From Rhodospirillales bacterium (GTDB lineage Bacteria; Pseudomonadota; Alphaproteobacteria; Rhodospirillales; Casp-alpha2): a DNA stretch of 21,169 bases. The stretch lies in assembly GCA_013203595.1 (NCBI GenBank), contig JABMNT010000002.1, forward strand, positions 1 through 21,169. The letters are read 5' to 3'. The notes beneath the pieces were generated by a model, which made no database searches, was not told the origin of the DNA, and saw only the letters and a program-made list of their open reading frames with translations. Positions 16,655 to 21,169 of the stretch are shown in pieces. How positions within the stretch are numbered: the first letter of the stretch is position 1; the number at the start of each line of letters is the position of its first letter. The position numbers were made by a program, and so were the translations under genes.

Positions 16655-16851
16655 AGCGCGTCCCCTGTTCGTCCAATATCTATTTAAATTGGTTTGAGTC
16701 TTTATGAACGATACACGCGAAAATTGAAACTATATTTTAGTAAATCGCGAATATGCACAGGTCATTACATCTGACGGATATGAAGGCAGATTCTGTTGCC
16801 ATTCAATGGCCCCGTCAGGGCAGGCGGCAGCCACAATTGGTGCCTGTTCAT

Positions 16852-17496
16852 TTACTGGCCGACGCCAAGTCCGCGAATGAAATCGGCAAGCCCGGTCTGG
16901 CGATCACGACGCAGGCGTTCGGCTGCCAGGATTGATTCGACCTGGCTGACGCTGGTCGGCAGGTCATGATTGATGATGATATAGTCATATTCGGCCCAGT
17001 GGCTCATTTCCGAGGAAGCCTTGGCCATCCGGTCCCTGACCACCGCTTCCGAATCCTGGGCACGGGCATAGAGGCGGCGTTCCAGTTCAGTGATTGAAGG
17101 CGGAAAGATAAAGATGCTGACCAGATCGTCCCGGGCATTCTGCTTGAGTTGCTGGGTGCCCTGCCAATCCACATCAAACAACACATCCTGGCCCGCTGCC
17201 AGAGCCTCATCGACCGGTCCCCTCGGGGTTCCGTAGGAGTTCCCGAACACCGTCGCATATTCCAGCAGGTCGTGGTTGGCAACCCGTCGGTCAAATTCCG
17301 CCTGCTCGACAAATATATAATCCTCGCCATCGACTTCGCCGGGCCGGATCGGCCGGGTTGTCAGGGAAATCGACATGGCCAGGTTCCTGTGTCCGCTCAG
17401 CATGGCCCGCGAGATCGTCGACTTGCCAGCCCCCGACGGCGAAGACAGCACCAGCATCAGTCCACGCCGGGCAATATGTTTGTGTTTGTTTGGCAT
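16852..17496 (-). CDS. gmk: Guanylate kinase
   Basis: A P-loop LMLVLSSPSGAGKST is followed by SISLTTRPIRPGEVDGEDYIFV, AGQDVLFDVDWQG and IFPPS. Confidence 0.9.
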   Translation of the reverse strand: MPNKHKHIARRGLMLVLSSPSGAGKSTISRAMLSGHRNLAMSISLTTRPIRPGEVDGEDYIFVEQAEFDRRVANHDLLEYATVFGNSYGTPRGPVDEALAAGQDVLFDVDWQGTQQLKQNARDDLVSIFIFPPSITELERRLYARAQDSEAVVRDRMAKASSEMSHWAEYDYIIINHDLPTSVSQVESILAAERLRRDRQTGLADFIRGLGVGQ

Positions 17497-17511
17497 CTTG
17501 TAACCAGCCTT

Positions 17512-18402
17512 CTATTCAATATTCTGAATTTGTTCGCGGAAACGTTCAATATAGGTTTTCAAATCCAGGCCTATATTTGTCAATGCCACGTCCGTCGCTT
17601 TTGAACACAGGGTATTGGCTTCCCGGTTAAACTCCTGGCACAGAAAATCCAGCTTCCGCCCTACGGATCCGTCCGCACCCAGATAACTCCTGGCCGCCTG
17701 CTCATGGGCAACCAGGCGGTCGATTTCCTCGCGGATGTCGGCTTTGGTCACCAACAGGGCGACCTCCTGGGCCATTCGCTCTTCGGCAATGTCGGCGGAC
17801 CCATTGAGAATTTCTCGAATTTGATTTTGCAGGCGTTCACGGATGGCTTCGGGCTGGCTCGCCGCATTGGTTTTCGCCGCCGCCGACAGCGCTTTGATCT
17901 GGTCAAGCTGGGCTGCCAGAACGCTGGAAAGGCGTTCCCCTTCCTGGCGGCGCATGGCATCAAGGGATTCCAGAGCCTGGCCAAAACAGGCCAGAACCTG
18001 GGTGCTCACCTCGTCACGCTGGGCATCGGTTATTTCCTGTTCAACCGCCTCGATGACGCCCCGCAGCCCCAGGATGTCGGACGCACGGGAGGGTGCCGCA
18101 TGGGGTATTTTGGCTTCAATCTGGGGGATCGCGGTGATTGCCAGGTCCAGGATGTCCTGATTGACCCGAAAACCGCCGCCAGACTGTTGCCAGTCCAAAG
18201 TCAGATTCGCCGTCACATTACCCCGTTTCAGGGTTTTCGAAATCTGATCACGAACCGTGACGTCGAGCGATTCCATTCCGCTCGGCAGGCGGCAACGCAC
18301 ATCCAGACCTTTTGCATTGACGCTTTTGATTTCCCACGACCAGCTACACAGCGCGTGGCTGCCATCGATGCGGGCAAACCCGGTCATTGATTTTACGGTC
18401 AC
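17512..18402 (-). CDS. yicC: YicC-family stress-induced protein (YicC N-terminal domain plus DUF1732)
   Basis: MTVKSMTGFARIDG...WSWEIKSVNAKGLDV matches the E. coli YicC N-terminus MIRSMTAYARRE...WEMRSVNQRYLE. The C-terminus has LLVTKADIREEIDRL. Start is ambiguous between GTG 18400-18402 and ATG 18385-18387. Confidence 0.85.
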   Translation of the reverse strand: MTVKSMTGFARIDGSHALCSWSWEIKSVNAKGLDVRCRLPSGMESLDVTVRDQISKTLKRGNVTANLTLDWQQSGGGFRVNQDILDLAITAIPQIEAKIPHAAPSRASDILGLRGVIEAVEQEITDAQRDEVSTQVLACFGQALESLDAMRRQEGERLSSVLAAQLDQIKALSAAAKTNAASQPEAIRERLQNQIREILNGSADIAEERMAQEVALLVTKADIREEIDRLVAHEQAARSYLGADGSVGRKLDFLCQEFNREANTLCSKATDVALTNIGLDLKTYIERFREQIQNIE

Positions 18403-18534
18403 CTCCTACCCCTACCTGTTAAAGACCTTTTATAGCCACCTGCGGGGATCGCAACAATACCGGCGGTTAGGCCGGTTCGGGAACAGACCGATATCTGGTG
18501 GGAAACCGGGTGATGATGCGGCTATACTGCCATC

Positions 18535-19299
18535 ATGGATTCTCAGCCAAAATCAATTTTAATAACCGGTGCCTCAAGTGGTATCGGCCGGGCACTGGCA
18601 CTTGCCTATGCCGCCCCCGGCGTTCGTCTCGCCCTGTGTGGCCGCAGTCCTGAACGGTTACAGGAAATCGCCGATTTATGTCGGGCCAGGGGGGCTCAGA
18701 TCAGCCCGCAACGGCTTGATGTTCAGGACCGGCTGGCGACCAAAGACTGGGTTACCGAAATTGACCGCAAGCAGCCCCTGGATCTGGTCATTGCCTGTGC
18801 CGGGATCGCCAGCGGCACCGGCGTTGTTGGCAACGAAGAAGAACAAACGAGGGATATTTTCGCGGTCAACCTGGCGGGTACCCTGAACACGGTACTGCCC
18901 TTGATCGAACCCATGAAATTGCGCCAGTCAGGGCAAATTGCCCTGCTAAGCTCACTCGCCGGTTTCCGGGGAATGCCCACCGCTCCGGCCTATGCCGCAT
19001 CCAAGGCAGCTGTTCGCAGTTACGGGGAAGGATTGCGTGGCCGTCTGGCCGGTGACGGGATCGGCGTCAGTGTCATCTGTCCGGGTTTTGTGCGCAGCCG
19101 GATTACCGACACCAACGACTTTGCCATGCCGTTCTTCATGGAAGCCGATAAGGCGGCCCGGATCATTCAAACCGGTCTCCGACGCAACAAGCCGCGGATC
19201 GCGTTTCCCTGGCAGGCCTATCTACTTGTGCGGATCGTCAGCGCCCTGCCCCTGGCCTGGACGGACGGATATTTAAGCCGGGGCCCGAAAAAAGTTTAA
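18535..19299 (+). CDS. Short-chain dehydrogenase/reductase (SDR) family oxidoreductase
   Basis: It has the SDR cofactor motif ILITGASSGIGRALA, the catalytic motif YAASKAA and the PG motif VICPGFV. Confidence 0.85.
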   Translation: MDSQPKSILITGASSGIGRALALAYAAPGVRLALCGRSPERLQEIADLCRARGAQISPQRLDVQDRLATKDWVTEIDRKQPLDLVIACAGIASGTGVVGNEEEQTRDIFAVNLAGTLNTVLPLIEPMKLRQSGQIALLSSLAGFRGMPTAPAYAASKAAVRSYGEGLRGRLAGDGIGVSVICPGFVRSRITDTNDFAMPFFMEADKAARIIQTGLRRNKPRIAFPWQAYLLVRIVSALPLAWTDGYLSRGPKKV

Positions 19300-19308
19300 C
19301 AGGTTTCC

Positions 19309-20298
19309 TTAACCGCCGCTTTTTCTGTCTTTTTCAATTTTCCGCCAGCGCGCGACGTTGCGATTGTGTTCGGCGAGGGTCTTGGCAAATACATGCCCAC
19401 CACTGCCATCGGCGACGAAGTAAAACTCATCGGTCTGCATGGGATGCAGAACCGCATGCAGGGCTTCCCGCCCCGGATTGGCGATCGGTGTCGGCGGCAG
19501 GGCTTTTATGACATAGGTGTTATAGGCGGTTTCCCGCTTCAGTTCACTACGCCGCAGAGGCCGTCCCAGCGGCCCTTTTCCGTTGGTAAGGCCATAAACG
19601 ACGGTGGGGTCCGACTGCAACCGCATCCCTTTGCGCAGACGGTTGATAAATACCCCGGCAACCCGGGCGCGCTCCGATGCGACACCGGTTTCTTTTTCCA
19701 CGATTGACGCCAGAACGACCGCCTCCTGCGGCGACGCGAAGGGTAGCCCCTGTTCCCGCCCGGCCCACAGATCGGCAATCAGCTGCGCCATATTTTCGCG
19801 CATGCGCTGGATCATATCGGCGCGCCGGCCACCGTAGGAAAAATGATAGGTTTCCGGCAGCAAAACCCCCTCCGGCACCGGCGCCGCCAGTGTCCCCACA
19901 AGGCCCTTCGTGCGCGCCAGTTGCTCGGCAATCTCGAACGACGTCAAACCTTCGGCAAAGGTGATCCGGTGAACAACGGTTTTACCGTATTGCAGCAGGC
20001 GCACCGCGTCGCGGCCACTGGTTCGCTCCGGGAAAAGAAATTCACCCGCCTTCATAGCCGTCTCATCGCTTAAAAACCGGGCACCCAATTGAAACACGAG
20101 GGCATCGGCTATCACCCCGTTGCTTGCCAATTGGCGGGCAATGGTGCTGACCCCTGATCCCGGCTCAATAATTATTACGGTATCGCTGGCCAGCGGGCCC
20201 GGTTTGGTAAATTCACCATAAATCCACAATCCAGCACCCGCGCCTGCCACGGCAAGAACGGCTGACAACAAAAACAGCATGGAAAAAAAGCGGCGCAT
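19309..20298 (-). CDS. mltG: Endolytic murein transglycosylase MltG (YceG family)
   Basis: An N-terminal transmembrane helix is followed by a YceG-like domain with FPERTSG, LQSDPTVVYGL and ETAYNTY. It lies immediately downstream of fabF, the conserved arrangement. Confidence 0.9.
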   Translation of the reverse strand: MRRFFSMLFLLSAVLAVAGAGAGLWIYGEFTKPGPLASDTVIIIEPGSGVSTIARQLASNGVIADALVFQLGARFLSDETAMKAGEFLFPERTSGRDAVRLLQYGKTVVHRITFAEGLTSFEIAEQLARTKGLVGTLAAPVPEGVLLPETYHFSYGGRRADMIQRMRENMAQLIADLWAGREQGLPFASPQEAVVLASIVEKETGVASERARVAGVFINRLRKGMRLQSDPTVVYGLTNGKGPLGRPLRRSELKRETAYNTYVIKALPPTPIANPGREALHAVLHPMQTDEFYFVADGSGGHVFAKTLAEHNRNVARWRKIEKDRKSGG

Positions 20299-20467
20299 GG
20301 GGCTAGTGCCTTTCCTATTGATATGGAATCACTGAGACGCCTTCACTGGTCCCCTGGCAAGAAGCTGTTCGCGGAGCGACGCCGGGCATCGGAAGCCGGC
20401 CGCGACGCCGCCAGCAGGCCACAATTCCGATCTCAGCTGGTTCCATATTAACATGCAAGGCACTGGA

Positions 20468-21169
20468 TTACTGATCGACGGCCTTAAATACCAACGATGC
20501 ATTGGTTCCACCAAAACCAAAGGAATTGGACAGCGCCGCGCGTACGGGGCGTTCCTTGGCCTTCAGGGGAACCAGATCGATCGTACAGTTTTGCGGTGGT
20601 GTTTCCAGGTTCAGAGTTGGCGGCACAATACCGTCGTTGATCGCCAACACCGAATAGATCGCCTCGACGGCACCGGCCGCACCCAACAGGTGGCCAATGG
20701 CTGATTTCGTCGACGACATGGACATGGATTTGGCCGCATCGCCGAACAGGCGGGTAACCGCACCCAACTCGATTTCGTCGCCCAGCGGGGTCGAGGTGCC
20801 GTGGGCATTAACGTAATCGATATCTTCCGGGTTCAGTTGCGCCCGCTTCAGGGCCGCCTGCATGCATCGAAAGCCGCCGTTACCATCGGCAGCCGGGGCG
20901 GTGATGTGGTGGGCATCGCCCGACATCCCGTAGCCGACCACTTCCGCATAGATGCGGGCACCGCGTTTTTTTGCATGCTCATATTCCTCGAGCACAACAA
21001 CACCGGCGCCATCGCCCATGACAAACCCGTCCCGGTCCGCATCCCAGGGACGCGATGCCTTTTCCGGGGTATCGTTAAATCCGGTAGACAAGGCCCTGGC
21101 GGCACTGAAGCCGGCCATTCCCAAACGCCCGATCGCCGATTCCGCTCCACCTGCAATCATCACATCGGC
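20468..21169 (-). CDS. fabF: 3-oxoacyl-ACP synthase II (FabF) 3' portion; the 5' end lies beyond the window
   Basis: KAS C-terminal motifs are present: [29 protein letters not shown] and [14 protein letters not shown]. The frame stays open to the window edge. Confidence 0.9.
   Translation of the reverse strand, partial: ADVMIAGGAESAIGRLGMAGFSAARALSTGFNDTPEKASRPWDADRDGFVMGDGAGVVVLEEYEHAKKRGARIYAEVVGYGMSGDAHHITAPAADGNGGFRCMQAALKRAQLNPEDIDYVNAHGTSTPLGDEIELGAVTRLFGDAAKSMSMSSTKSAIGHLLGAAGAVEAIYSVLAINDGIVPPTLNLETPPQNCTIDLVPLKAKERPVRAALSNSFGFGGTNASLVFKAVDQ

Noticed and set aside
16753-16935. 60-aa + strand ORF in the gmk/SPFH intergenic region
   Set aside because: It overlaps the 3' end of gmk on the opposite strand. 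It has no ribosome-binding site and no recognisable features, so it is probably spurious.
18403-18534. Divergent yicC / SDR promoter region containing small inverted repeats (CCGGC-N6-GCCGG; CCGGTT-N26-AACCGG) and a TATACT hexamer 10 nt before the SDR ATG, suggesting a near-leaderless transcript
   Set aside because: The inverted repeats are short and GC-rich, so they are expected by chance at this composition. The promoter call is too speculative without transcription-start-site data.
20299-20467. 169-bp mltG-fabF intergenic region with an 8-bp inverted repeat (ATATGGAA ... TTCCATAT) about 110 nt apart and GC-rich direct repeats GGCGTCGC
   Set aside because: The repeats are short, and I could not build a convincing terminator or riboswitch-like structure. 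This is probably just the mltG promoter and 5' UTR.
1-21169. Search for tRNA/rRNA, CRISPR repeats, IS elements, integrases, attachment-site direct repeats, and toxin-antitoxin or defence genes
   Set aside because: I found no T-loop/anticodon-arm-like structures, no regularly spaced repeats, and no transposase or integrase-like translations in any frame. The window appears to be core chromosome with no mobile or defence content.

Overview
This 21.2-kb window looks like conserved core chromosome of a Gram-negative bacterium, most likely an alphaproteobacterium. That guess rests on the intermediate GC content and the lptF-lptG-lptD-surA-pdxA-rsmA and yicC-gmk linkages; it is an inference, not a database result. 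Coding density is high and almost all genes are housekeeping.

Gene order, left to right:
- 3' end of a membrane-protein gene, then a P-II-like signalling protein and a CBS-pair protein, all three overlapping end to start and therefore probably translationally coupled
- FAD-linked 2-hydroxyacid oxidase/dehydrogenase
- YffB/ArsC-family thioredoxin-like protein (minus strand)
- YaaA peroxide-stress protein and a long (~597 aa) acyl-CoA dehydrogenase
- lptF, lptG, lptD, surA, pdxA, rsmA (ksgA)
- a membrane-anchored J-domain (DjlA-like) protein
- on the minus strand: a large SPFH/flotillin-like membrane protein, gmk and a yicC-family gene
- an SDR oxidoreductase
- mltG (minus) and the 3' end of fabF (minus, runs off the window)

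I found no rRNA, tRNA, CRISPR array, transposase, integrase, phage gene or defence gene. I do not see a clearly novel multi-gene system here.

The items most worth a second look are:
1. The membrane-protein/P-II-like/CBS triad.
2. A roughly 190-residue Pro/Ala-rich N-terminal extension of LptD carrying four to five spaced RPLGxL(L)xP(L)PD motifs.
3. An SPFH protein with an unusually long region before its core domain, convergent with the J-domain membrane protein across a single 15-bp-stem perfect hairpin.
4. A probable TTG start for surA directly abutting the lptD stop codon.
5. A pair of TTATCG direct repeats in the divergent yffB-like/yaaA promoter region.

All domain and family calls come from my recognition of motifs in the supplied translations. 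No search was run.
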